Shown here in pieces: positions 49,476-59,390 of a stretch of 64,000 nt of DNA. Made by a program: the position numbers and the translations under genes. How positions within the stretch are numbered: position 1 is the first letter of the stretch; every line of letters begins with the position of its first letter. Source of the stretch: an uncultured Alphaproteobacteria bacterium (GTDB taxonomy: Bacteria > Bacteroidota > Ignavibacteria > OLB7); the NCBI GenBank assembly GCA_964455525.1, contig CAYVWR010000006.1:261388-325387 (forward strand). Reading direction: 5' to 3'. The notes beneath the pieces were generated by a model. It saw only the letters and a list, made by a program, of their open reading frames with translations. It searched no databases and had not been told where the DNA came from.

Positions 49476-50246
49476 CTAGTGCCATGCTATGTCTGGCGGC
49501 ACCTGGAACTTCTCCGCCGGAACCGCCACATTTGCCTCGATCCGCCTGGCATCGAAGGTGATGGTTGCCATCCCTCCTCCCTGCACCCCTCGCACCATCT
49601 CCACATGGAGCGGCAGCCCTTTCCAGAGCCATACCGTGGTGGTCCCGTTGAACTGGAAGCTGTAGCCGATCGCATCCTTCCCCGCGATCTTCTTCCGTCC
49701 CAGCCTCTTCAATCCGAACTGCTCCTGCGAAGGCTCCGGCAAGGCCCATACATCCTGCACAACGCCCAGCAGTGGGCCTGATGCAAGCTCCTTCTCCTGC
49801 CTGGTGCCAGCACGGGTGATGGTGCTATAATCGTAGCGCCAGCCATCGGCGTAGACCGAGACATCATACGGAGGGGCAGCACCTCCGCCACCAAGCTCGG
49901 GAGCAGTATAAAAGGCTTCACGAGCACCGTACTCATCCACATAGAGAACCTGCCGACGGTCGAGCCAGGAGTTCCAGTACTCCACGATCGCCGAGCGCAC
50001 CTCGTATTTCCTGACACTATCGGGCAAGCCTCCCGGCGAGATATTCACAAGAGAATCGGCAGGGACCGAGGTGCCGACTCCCGGAGAGTGCATTGCGGGG
50101 CTGTCGGCCGAGGGGGTCGCTGTGGCAGCAGGAGGCGCGGAGGCCGCCTCGGGCGTAGGCACAGGTTCCTTTGTCCCACCACATCCGGCCACGATAAGAG
50201 CAGCAAGAGCAAACGGGAGAGAAAAACATCTAAACGAAAGGATCAT
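49476..50246 (-). CDS. Hypothetical lipoprotein
   Basis: Lipobox LIVAGC after a signal peptide, and a Pro/Ala-rich linker. Start at the internal ATG (residue 6). Confidence 0.5.
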   Translation of the reverse strand: MILSFRCFSLPFALAALIVAGCGGTKEPVPTPEAASAPPAATATPSADSPAMHSPGVGTSVPADSLVNISPGGLPDSVRKYEVRSAIVEYWNSWLDRRQVLYVDEYGAREAFYTAPELGGGGAAPPYDVSVYADGWRYDYSTITRAGTRQEKELASGPLLGVVQDVWALPEPSQEQFGLKRLGRKKIAGKDAIGYSFQFNGTTTVWLWKGLPLHVEMVRGVQGGGMATITFDARRIEANVAVPAEKFQVPPDIAWH

Positions 50247-50471
50247 GGTCGTAGATCGCATGGGTTATAGGAGCACGCCTGACGTGCACACAGCCTCCAT
50301 AAGAGGGATAAACCTACGATATTGCGGGGTGCCGGACCAGTCTCGATAACACCGGGCATGGAGCAGAGCACAGGAAGGTGCATACGGATCGCCATCAACG
50401 GCACACCTGTGGCACAGCGTGGCACCAGTGCATGAGAGCGCCCCCCGCCAATCGACCCGGCACAAACCTGC

Positions 50472-53195
50472 CTAGATGATTTTTGCGCCACGAGCACGGA
50501 CAAGCGCCTCAACACGGCTCCGCACCTCAAGTTTGTCGAAGAGGTTCGAGATATGGGTTTTTATCGTGTTGATGGAAACATAGAGCCTATCAGCAATCTT
50601 CTGGTTGGAATACCCCTGTGCCATAAGCTGAAGGATCTCCCGTTCACGCGCTGTAAGCGGCACGATCCCCTCCGGCATCCCGGGATCGCCGCCGCTCGGC
50701 ATTGCATCAGGCAGCATCGGCATGCCGCACAGGGCGACCACCTTCCGCAGATATGCCGAGGATATCTTCGCGCCGAGCGTGGCAACCCGCTTCTGGTAAT
50801 GCGACATCAACCGGGCAACAGGCTCGGCATCGTACACAAACGGACGAATGAAACGCTCCGGGGCTGCAAGCTTGAGGGCGTGGGCGAGCACCTCGAACCC
50901 CTCCTCCGTTTTCCCGGTCTCCTGAAGCAGAATCGCACGAAGCACAAGGGATTCCAGAAGCATCGGCAGCAGCCCACCGATCTCGAAGACGCTTCGGAGC
51001 GACGCCAGCACCGGTTCCGCATCGCCATACCGTCCTTCCCGAAGCAGAATCCGCGCGTACAGAAGCTCCTCCGATCGGGCATTGAAATATCCCGGATCGC
51101 CCTTCTCTCCTTCTTCGAGTCGCCCCTCTCCCCATCGCCGCGCCGCATCACCGGTACCTCGGCGAACGGCCAGCCGGGCACGAAACATCGGGGCGAACCC
51201 GGCGATCCTTCCCGCATTTCGCGAGAGATCAAGCTCCTCGATCCCTTCGATTGCCTTCTCTGCCGCATCCCAGTGCCCCCCTGCATCCTCGATCGCAAAC
51301 AGAAGCTTCTCGGCCTCCATACGCTGACGGTGGTTGCCGGAATCGCAGAGATCACGGGCCATCATTGCAGCATCACGTGCCGCATCTATCTCGTAGCGCT
51401 CCAGAAACACCCGTGCACGAATCTGATGCGGCGTCATCAGCAGTTCCGGGATCGTAATCTCGGCCGAACCGTTCCGTTCCTGCAACTCGTCTGCTATCGC
51501 CTCGGCACGTCCCAACCTGCCAAGCTGTAACTCCTCCCGGCCAAGATTCGACAGAGCTATCAACACGCTGTACAGATGGTTGCCTGTCCTGCTATAACGA
51601 AGCGACCGTTCAAAAACGGCCTCGGCCTGAAGCGATTCCCCTGCGCGATGATAGGCAGTGCCAAGAAGCGAAAGCACCATCGCAGGCGAGGTATTCCACA
51701 TATAGTCGGGAGAGGAAGGATGATGGTCCGGGAGAACCTCCAGCGCCCGTTCAGCCAACTCGATGGTACGTACGGCATCTCCCCGATCGCGTGCGATCAC
51801 CGCACGAAGCAGCCACACCATGCCGGAAAGCTCCTCGTCGAGCGGACCCTCCGATTCCGCTTCAAGCCGCCCCTCGACCATATCGAGAAACCGTTCAGCC
51901 TCATCGAAACGACCGTAATAGATATGCACCCACCCGTGCATCACCCCCAGGCGGGGGCTGGCGAGCAACCGATCGTCGGAGATCCGGGAAGTAAGCTCCC
52001 AGAGTTCACGACGTCCCCCCTGCCGGATCAGATTGCGCCAGTTCTGTTCCACCAGACGCGCCAGCAGATCGGCACTGCCCGATTCCCGCGCATGATGAAG
52101 CGCCTCGCGCACACCGCCCTGCGACTCGTACCAGAGGCTGGCACGACGATGAAGCTCCGGCAGCGATGCCGGATGAAGCTCCCCCAGACGATGGCGAAGC
52201 AGGTCGGCGAACAGATGATGATAGCGGTACCATTTGCGGTGATTGTCGAGCGGTATCAGGAAAAGATTTCTCCGCTCCAGTTCCGCCAGCAGAGCGCTGC
52301 CGGACTCATGCCCGGTCACGGCCTCGCAGAGCGCCGTATCGAACCGCTCCAGTATGGAGAGATCGAGCATCACCCGTTGCAATTCCTCCGGCAGCAGCGC
52401 CAGCGCTTCCTCCAGGAGATAATCCAGCACAAACCGGTCGGCACCGGTAAAGGCGCGGATGAACTCGTCGATATCATCGCGTCCCTGCAACGAGAGCGCG
52501 GCCATCTGCAAACCGGCAGCCCACCCCTCGGTCTTTGCCTGAAGAAGGTCAAGCTGCTCCTCCGATACATGCAGATGCATCAGATCGTTGAGGAACCGGG
52601 CGGCCTCGCTGGCTGTAAAACGAAGATCGGCGGCGCGGATCTCCAGCAACTCCCCCCGCACACGCAGACGAGCCAGAGGAAAGGGAGGATCGGCACGGGT
52701 GGCCAGCACAAGATGAAACGAGGCCGGAGCATGCTCCAGCATGAAGAGAAGGGCCTCGTGGGTTCCCGGCGATTCGATGATATGATAGTCATCGAGCACA
52801 AGGAGAACATCCTCCTGAATCGCGGCGAGATCGTTGATGAATGTGGCGAGCAGCGGCTCGATCGAGGGAACGGGAGTGCCGCCAAGAGCCTGGCGCACCC
52901 CTTCCCCCACCCCCGGGTGGAGAGTCTGGATGGCCGCAACGATGTAGCTGAGGAAGCGAACGATGTCGTTATCACCACTATCGAGCGATACCCAGGCGGC
53001 CGGATATGAGTGCGAGGAGATCCAGGACGCGAGCGTTGTGGTCTTTCCAAATCCTGCCGGCGCCGATATCAGCGTAAGCGTACGATGTGGAAGATCGTCG
53101 AGCTTTCGGAGAAGGGCATCGCGTGGCACCAGATTTTTCTGCGGGCGGGCCACAAAGAGCTTTGTTGTAAGGATATGCGGCATCTGCTGCGCCAT
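50472..53195 (-). CDS. MalT-like LuxR-family transcriptional regulator (STAND NTPase plus TPR-like body plus C-terminal LuxR HTH)
   Basis: Walker A LISAPAGFGKTTTLASW. C-terminal LTAREREILQLMAQGYSNQKIADRLYVSINTIKTHISNLFDKL is a LuxR HTH. Start moved to the internal ATG (residue 146). The translation upstream of it looks non-coding. Confidence 0.8.
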   Translation of the reverse strand: MAQQMPHILTTKLFVARPQKNLVPRDALLRKLDDLPHRTLTLISAPAGFGKTTTLASWISSHSYPAAWVSLDSGDNDIVRFLSYIVAAIQTLHPGVGEGVRQALGGTPVPSIEPLLATFINDLAAIQEDVLLVLDDYHIIESPGTHEALLFMLEHAPASFHLVLATRADPPFPLARLRVRGELLEIRAADLRFTASEAARFLNDLMHLHVSEEQLDLLQAKTEGWAAGLQMAALSLQGRDDIDEFIRAFTGADRFVLDYLLEEALALLPEELQRVMLDLSILERFDTALCEAVTGHESGSALLAELERRNLFLIPLDNHRKWYRYHHLFADLLRHRLGELHPASLPELHRRASLWYESQGGVREALHHARESGSADLLARLVEQNWRNLIRQGGRRELWELTSRISDDRLLASPRLGVMHGWVHIYYGRFDEAERFLDMVEGRLEAESEGPLDEELSGMVWLLRAVIARDRGDAVRTIELAERALEVLPDHHPSSPDYMWNTSPAMVLSLLGTAYHRAGESLQAEAVFERSLRYSRTGNHLYSVLIALSNLGREELQLGRLGRAEAIADELQERNGSAEITIPELLMTPHQIRARVFLERYEIDAARDAAMMARDLCDSGNHRQRMEAEKLLFAIEDAGGHWDAAEKAIEGIEELDLSRNAGRIAGFAPMFRARLAVRRGTGDAARRWGEGRLEEGEKGDPGYFNARSEELLYARILLREGRYGDAEPVLASLRSVFEIGGLLPMLLESLVLRAILLQETGKTEEGFEVLAHALKLAAPERFIRPFVYDAEPVARLMSHYQKRVATLGAKISSAYLRKVVALCGMPMLPDAMPSGGDPGMPEGIVPLTAREREILQLMAQGYSNQKIADRLYVSINTIKTHISNLFDKLEVRSRVEALVRARGAKII

Positions 53196-53636
53196 GCGTG
53201 GCTGCGTCCTGGGATTGATATCGGAAATAACAATGTCGCCCGCAGCAGCACCGCAGGCGACAGGTATAACCAGAAATGTTGAGCCAGACGCAAAATAGCA
53301 GTTTCCGGGATCAGAGTTTCCTGCATCGCTTCGCTCCTCCAGATGCCGGTCGCTGCACAGAGAAGAAGGTGCGAAGCGGTTCTGATAAACAACACCCCCT
53401 AATGCATACACAGGCGGGTATGGCATGTGCGGCCAGACCGCAGCGCCGGAGCATCCCGATATAGCAGCAGATGCAAACCGCGATACGCAGATGCCCAACA
53501 ATCCGTATACGATGCTTGGACGGAACGGATTTTCTGAAGAGCCGTATCCACGCCCTCCAGACCAAACCTGAGGGATTACAAGAAGGGATAGAGCACGGAG
53601 AACACCGGGAGGGTCAGGCGTTCTCCGCACCTATCG

Positions 53637-54554
53637 TCAGCGGTTCCCCACCTCCTTCGGAGGAACCGTCCGGAGATATAACCAGAGAGCACGTATCTCG
53701 TCATCGCTCATATTCATGGTGGCTTTCCACGGCATGAACTCCGAATTGATGATCGCGCCATTCGGACGCTTTCCCTCGCGCATCACAGCAAAAAAATCTT
53801 GTTCCGTCCAGGAACCCATGCCACTTCCTTCATCCGGTGTCAGGTTCGACGCAGGTGGCCATGCCGGTGGCATTCCAGGAACAGGCCCGCCGGAAAAACC
53901 CTCCCCGTGGCATCCCACACACCCGGAGGTCATGGCAAGATGCTGACCATACTGCACGGTAGGACCGGGGGTTGGCGCCACTGGAGGGGGCACGTCATGA
54001 GAAACCTTCTCGGCAGCGATAAGCCCGAGCTGATCGGCCAGATACAACACACGGGCAAGCGGGCCAACGGAGGATTCACCGGACGGCTTATCCACCGGCG
54101 GCACCGATTTTATGTAGTGTATGATTGCACCAAGCTCGGCGTCATCGAAATGCCAGTACTCCCGTGCCGGCATGACAAGCAAGGCTTTTCCATCGCGCCG
54201 CAGGCCATGCCGGATGGCATAAACCCAATCCTGATCGGTATACCCGGATACCACCCCACCCTTGCCTGGGGTAATGTTCGATGCGACAAGCCTTCCAATG
54301 GCAGGCTCATCAAGCATAACCTTTCCGGCAAGATCGTCACCATGACAGTCGCCGCATTTGGCGATGGTTTGCACCAGATGCTTGCCACGTGCAAGCGAGG
54401 CCGAATCGGCTGGCACCCGCAGAGCGCTTGCCGTGACATCGAACGTCCGGTTGATCCGGATTTCGCTCCAGGCATACACCGCGCCGATTGCCACGACTAC
54501 CAGGCCAAGCATCCCGCCGATAATCCACAGAGTCCATTTGAAAAATTTTCGCAC
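53637..54554 (-). CDS. Diheme c-type cytochrome, membrane-anchored
   Basis: N-terminal transmembrane segment and two CxxCH motifs (CGDCH, CVGCH). Confidence 0.7.
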   Translation of the reverse strand: MRKFFKWTLWIIGGMLGLVVVAIGAVYAWSEIRINRTFDVTASALRVPADSASLARGKHLVQTIAKCGDCHGDDLAGKVMLDEPAIGRLVASNITPGKGGVVSGYTDQDWVYAIRHGLRRDGKALLVMPAREYWHFDDAELGAIIHYIKSVPPVDKPSGESSVGPLARVLYLADQLGLIAAEKVSHDVPPPVAPTPGPTVQYGQHLAMTSGCVGCHGEGFSGGPVPGMPPAWPPASNLTPDEGSGMGSWTEQDFFAVMREGKRPNGAIINSEFMPWKATMNMSDDEIRALWLYLRTVPPKEVGNR

Positions 54555-55308
54555 CGCCTCTCTTCCTCATCTTTTCAGATTATTATCATCGAGTCGTCAT
54601 GATTGGGAACCATCAGGAGCCTCTATCCGATGTATGGCCACCACAGATGCAGTCCCAGACATTATACACGTCCTACGATCCTATACAGGATGGCCTGAGC
54701 CGGGAGGAGCCTACTCGGCATTATTCAGCCTCCTTCGAGCCAGACCTTCATCCCTTTGAACCATTCCCGCCAGCATTCATCTGTTTCTCTCAAACCTGAA
54801 TACGGTATACAGGGTAGCAGAAACACCAACCATGAACTCCGTTGCGTTTCGCGGCCGTGCCACAAGCTTCTCATCGCGCATGAAAAGGGTCGGCAGCACG
54901 CTTTATAACATGCGATCGAGCATTGGATATAGGCTGCCAAATTAGCCGATGGCAGCGCGAGGGTTGTCACCCGAACGGGTGAGTGCTGGGGGTGATTTTA
55001 CGAGAGGAAACAAGAGGGTACCGGCAGAATACGATGCGGAACGTTCGCATACCTGTGCCAAACGTCCATGAAATGTGCACCGAAAAAAGCTCCGCGAACT
55101 GCCATGACATGTTTTGTGGTTCATCCGCATGATGATAACTTGCCCCTTCCAAAAGCAACTATCACCTATCGACTATTGGAATCTACAGGTTGATTCTGCC
55201 CAAGGCCTGGCAGCCACAGGAGCACGCTATGGGCAAACAGCCGTTAACCGATCAGAATTACGTATCAATAATAGCGTCCATTCCATTCTTCCATCATCCA
55301 GTGCTTCC

Positions 55309-55854
55309 ATGAAAAACGTTATCTCCGGCCTGTTCGTTGTGATAGCCGTATTGTTCGCTGCATGTTCTCCATCAACCGATCCAGGAACCACCCCCGACCC
55401 CATCACCAATCCAAAGCCCGACCCTAATCCAGATCCGAAACCAGATCCAGATCCGAAGCCAGATCCAAAACCAGATGGCCCATCAATTAGAAAGCCCTAT
55501 GATGCAGTCCGAAATGGCGTTCAGATCACCGGCATTTATTTCCATCAGGATTCCAATTTTATCGTTCACAATCTCCGGGATGAATGGATCATTCTGGAAT
55601 CGGACATGCCGATCCCGACAAAGGGATGGACGCTTGATGCATCCGATAACCAGCGTTTCCAGCTCCCCGATACGCTCCATAAAAAACTCTATATCTATAC
55701 GCTCAACGGCCCCGGTTATGAAAATGACACCATTATGACATTGAAGCGAAAGGCATCAGCATGGATCTGGAACAACACCGAACCTGATACCGGAAAGGTA
55801 TTCAATGCGCTCGGGGAGCTGATCGATTCCATTACATACAAGGCGAAGCGCTAA
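55309..55854 (+). CDS. Lipoprotein with a (PDPKPD)n linker and a lamin-tail-like (LTD) beta domain
   Basis: Start at the internal ATG (residue 66). Signal peptide plus lipobox FAAC. Repeat NPKPDPNPDPKPDPDPKPDPKPDGP. The C-terminus EWIILESDMPIPTKGWTLDASDNQRFQLP resembles LTD domains. Confidence 0.55.
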   Translation: MKNVISGLFVVIAVLFAACSPSTDPGTTPDPITNPKPDPNPDPKPDPDPKPDPKPDGPSIRKPYDAVRNGVQITGIYFHQDSNFIVHNLRDEWIILESDMPIPTKGWTLDASDNQRFQLPDTLHKKLYIYTLNGPGYENDTIMTLKRKASAWIWNNTEPDTGKVFNALGELIDSITYKAKR

Positions 55855-56034
55855 CGTTTCCCGGCGCTGCTATGGCGTATGCAGGCGGCTAAGGTGTACG
55901 ATTCATGGCCGGGCCGTCTTCACAAGGCTCCCGCACCAGAAAACCACGGGGAACTGCGCCACAAATGTCGTATCTGTTGTATGTTGCTTTTCAGATGCAG
56001 CAGGACACGTGCACGTTATTACACCTGACGCAGA

Positions 56035-56994
56035 ATGAGTACCCCTACCATCCCTTCCTATGGTCTCGATCGTCCCGAGACGCTCTCGATGCCATTTCGC
56101 TTTCTGACACTGGAGCGTACCACCGGTGTGTATAACCCATCGCAGCCGCACCGGCATACCTACTACGAGATATTCTATTTTGTGCACGGGAAAGGAACCC
56201 ATGCTCTCGATTTCCGTACCTATGAGATCCACGACCACTCCATCCACTTTGTTACCCCCGGTCAGGTGCACCTGGTTTCGAGAAGCCCCGATTCCCATGG
56301 ATATATCCTTCTCTTCTCGGACGAATTTTATGCGTTCAGCCAACATACAGCCGAACTGGCATCCCCTCTTCCATACCTCGGCCATGATGTCCCGGCCCCC
56401 ATCTTGTACCCATCGCCGGTGCAGCAGAAGACGTTTCTGGAGATCATAGAACGGATTCAGGATGAATTCGAGGCAGAGCGATCGCTCAGGGAAGAGGCGC
56501 TCCGCTCCTATCTGCATCTCTTCCTGGTGCACGCACAACGCATGTTCGAGACATCAGGGACACAGATCGTGGAGATGACGGCAGCACGGGAATTGATACA
56601 GCGACTTCGCGCATTGATCGAGCAGAACTACACAACCATCCATGCCCCCAGTGCCTATGCACGCATGATGGGCGTATCGCTGAACCATCTGAATACAACA
56701 ATCCGCAAAGCTCTCGGCAGAACGATTGGCGAGCTTATACACGACCGGATCGTGCTGGAGGCAAAACGGCTTCTGTTCAATACCACGATGAGCATCAAGC
56801 AGATCACCTTCCAGCTCAATTACGACGACCCATCCTACTTCGCGCGGTTCTTCAAGCGACAAACCGGAGTGTCTCCGCTGAAGTTTCGCGAAACGACATG
56901 GAACACACAGCCGCTCGCAGCTCCGCGGCCGGCGCCGGGGCACCCTAGCGAACCAGGTGCACCGGCAGACTTCGCCGGTACTTCCCGACGTTGA
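56035..56994 (+). CDS. AraC-family transcriptional regulator (cupin sensor plus AraC HTH). The start is possibly the internal ATG at about 56089.
   Basis: Cupin-like HRHTYYEIFYFVHGKG...HFVTPGQVH. C-terminal AraC HTH ...IKQITFQLNYDDPSYFARFFKRQTGVSPLKFRE. Confidence 0.8.
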   Translation: MSTPTIPSYGLDRPETLSMPFRFLTLERTTGVYNPSQPHRHTYYEIFYFVHGKGTHALDFRTYEIHDHSIHFVTPGQVHLVSRSPDSHGYILLFSDEFYAFSQHTAELASPLPYLGHDVPAPILYPSPVQQKTFLEIIERIQDEFEAERSLREEALRSYLHLFLVHAQRMFETSGTQIVEMTAARELIQRLRALIEQNYTTIHAPSAYARMMGVSLNHLNTTIRKALGRTIGELIHDRIVLEAKRLLFNTTMSIKQITFQLNYDDPSYFARFFKRQTGVSPLKFRETTWNTQPLAAPRPAPGHPSEPGAPADFAGTSRR

Positions 56995-59005
56995 GCAGGC
57001 AGAAATAGATTCCGGTGCCAAGCCCGGCGGCATCGAAGAATGCCTGGGCCTCCCCCTCGCCCGTACCAAGAACCTCGATAAGCCCCAGACGGCGCCCGAG
57101 CAGATCGACCAGCACAAGCTGTGCAGCGGCATCTTCTGGCATGCTGTAACGAACCTCGATCCTCCCTGAACCGCCATCGTACCGAACGCTTTTCAGACCA
57201 GACGATACATCATCGCCGAACAAACGTGCCCCCCCTTCGCGGCAGATGGCCGCAAGCCGAAACTCTCCGGGCAAAACCGTCTGCTCGCCAACACATCCAG
57301 CCAGCCACACGGAGGAATCGAACCGTATTGTCGTCATCTCCTCATTTCCCAATCCTACAATGGCCCGGAACCCGCCGAGCCGATTGCTTCCACTGGTTCC
57401 AGTGCCGCGCAGCGTCACGATGCACTCGCGCCCATCATACGCAACATCCATGTGAGCATCGGAGCCAACCGGAACAAGGAGCGTTCCATTGAACCGCAGC
57501 CGGAGGCTGAAGACCCGCCCGGGAGCATCGGGTTTGGACGATGGGGCGATCAGGATGGGAATATCAACCGTATCGCCGGGAGCCCCCGCCACCGAGCCGA
57601 CCGAAACCACCGCCGAGGCGATCACCTCATCGACATGAATGGACCGGACCGCCTCCCGTGTCCCAAACGCATTTGTTGCAGCAAGCCGCGCCGGATAGAT
57701 CCCGGGGGACTCATAACAGACCCTGACCTGACCTGCGCCTCTCTGCTCGCTCGGCGTCCCTCCCGGAAACAACCATTGCACGTTGGTGATGTTGCCGACG
57801 ATGGAATCACGTACGGTGATGCAATGCCCAGCGCAGATAACCGTATCGGAAGCCGATAGAAAGGGAACTGGAGCCTTATACAGCCCTGTGATGACATTCG
57901 GCAATCCCCAGAAGACCGTACGACCGTTCATATAGAGCGCTTCGCTACGGTAGGTGCAGGCAAGGCCAGCAGCATTGGGATATCCGATAATCCCAAGCCA
58001 TGGCTGCAACACCCTGGCACAGTAGATCCGGCCATCCGGGCCAAGCTGCATAGCCGCGGGAGAACCGATCGTTGGCGGCGCGACCGGCACAATGGTATCC
58101 AGCACCGTCCTGCGATCGTTATCGGCAAGATCATACTGCACCAGCTCCCAGGCTTCGCCTTCATGGACCGCATAGAGTTTTGTGTTGTCAGGAGAAAAAC
58201 AGACACCGTAACCGGCACCATCCTCCATCAGAACGCGAACGGTGGCAACCACCCCTGTACATGGATCGAAGCCAAACACCTCCAGTTTGCCACCCGCAAT
58301 AGCCGAAGCAAGCATACGGCCGTTCGGGGAGGCGGCCAGCCAGTTGCCTGGCTCCCCGTGCGGCTCGCCAATGCCAGAGACCACGGGCGTAGCCGAAACC
58401 CCGGCAGATGTCACGGCAAAGACATGGAAACGATTATCCCCCGGCGTGTGCGTAATCACCCAGAAATCGCGCCCATTGCAATGTGGCACCGCCACCAGCT
58501 TCTCCACGGCAGGAGCAATCAGCGGGATATTTCTGGTCGTGACATCACCAAGCCCCCCATCGGCGCTCATATCGACAATGGAATACGCGACGCCAACATC
58601 CGGGGTATTGATACGCCCTTCATGCCCCGAGGTGAAGAGATAGTAGTTCAAGGGATCGCCCGGCATCGGAACGATCAGCGCCGCCTGCGTGCTGCTGGAG
58701 CCTCCAGCGAGATTACGGCCGTTCGGCATCATCCTATGCTCCTTGTTCCAGACGGCATTACCGCTTGCATAAAAGAGCAGGCGCCCGGTCAGGCGATCGG
58801 CAATGCAGGCCATTCCCTCACCACCGTATATCCCGGACCGTGTAAGCGGTACAGGCACCACTCCTGCGGTGTTGAAATCAAGCCCGGTGCTATCGCCGAA
58901 GCACCAGACGTTGAACTCTTTCTGTGCGGTGGCCGACACGATCGACAGTGCCATCATGATCGCCACCATAATCATGGGCCGATGATATCGCAGCCCAGGC
59001 TTCAT
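56945..59005 (-). CDS. Secreted protein with beta-propeller-like repeats, a PKD-like domain and a T9SS C-terminal sorting domain
   Basis: Signal peptide MKPGLRYHRPMIMVAIMMALSIVSATAQ (internal start, residue 38). PKD-like segment VQWLFPGG...YESPGIYPARLAATNAFG. The C-terminal ~80 aa ending ...GIYFCLLNVGKYRRSLPVHLVR resembles the Por_Secre_tail. Confidence 0.6.
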   Translation of the reverse strand: MKPGLRYHRPMIMVAIMMALSIVSATAQKEFNVWCFGDSTGLDFNTAGVVPVPLTRSGIYGGEGMACIADRLTGRLLFYASGNAVWNKEHRMMPNGRNLAGGSSSTQAALIVPMPGDPLNYYLFTSGHEGRINTPDVGVAYSIVDMSADGGLGDVTTRNIPLIAPAVEKLVAVPHCNGRDFWVITHTPGDNRFHVFAVTSAGVSATPVVSGIGEPHGEPGNWLAASPNGRMLASAIAGGKLEVFGFDPCTGVVATVRVLMEDGAGYGVCFSPDNTKLYAVHEGEAWELVQYDLADNDRRTVLDTIVPVAPPTIGSPAAMQLGPDGRIYCARVLQPWLGIIGYPNAAGLACTYRSEALYMNGRTVFWGLPNVITGLYKAPVPFLSASDTVICAGHCITVRDSIVGNITNVQWLFPGGTPSEQRGAGQVRVCYESPGIYPARLAATNAFGTREAVRSIHVDEVIASAVVSVGSVAGAPGDTVDIPILIAPSSKPDAPGRVFSLRLRFNGTLLVPVGSDAHMDVAYDGRECIVTLRGTGTSGSNRLGGFRAIVGLGNEEMTTIRFDSSVWLAGCVGEQTVLPGEFRLAAICREGGARLFGDDVSSGLKSVRYDGGSGRIEVRYSMPEDAAAQLVLVDLLGRRLGLIEVLGTGEGEAQAFFDAAGLGTGIYFCLLNVGKYRRSLPVHLVR

Positions 59006-59390
59006 TGCCCACATGTGCATATGTGATTGATATGGGTGCCATTCCTGCTGTTCAGCAACGGCCTCTGAAATAACGGACGGATTTCTCCCGTTCAAGATAA
59101 TCGTATCCGGGCGCATTCAGCTCACCTTCATTGCAGGCGTTCCCTTTCAAACCGTGGTCTCCCGGCTCATGGTATCGTGGTAGCGTATCGCGTAGCACAT
59201 CCCTTCTTCTTTCATCATCGTAGGCACCCTATGTGCATCACGCGGTGTTCTACGATGATGCGCCTGGAGGTGGGATGTGCATTACGACGGCCACCTCCGG
59301 TTCAGCCCCGCTCCCCCCGGACAAATAGGCCGAAGCCCCTGGTGCAGAGACACCAGGGGCTTCGGTAGTATATCTCCGATATGCATATCC

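Noticed and set aside
55903-56538. 211-aa minus-strand ORF overlapping the AraC regulator
   Set aside because: The plus-strand ORF has clear cupin and AraC HTH domains. The minus-strand ORF is a shadow ORF.
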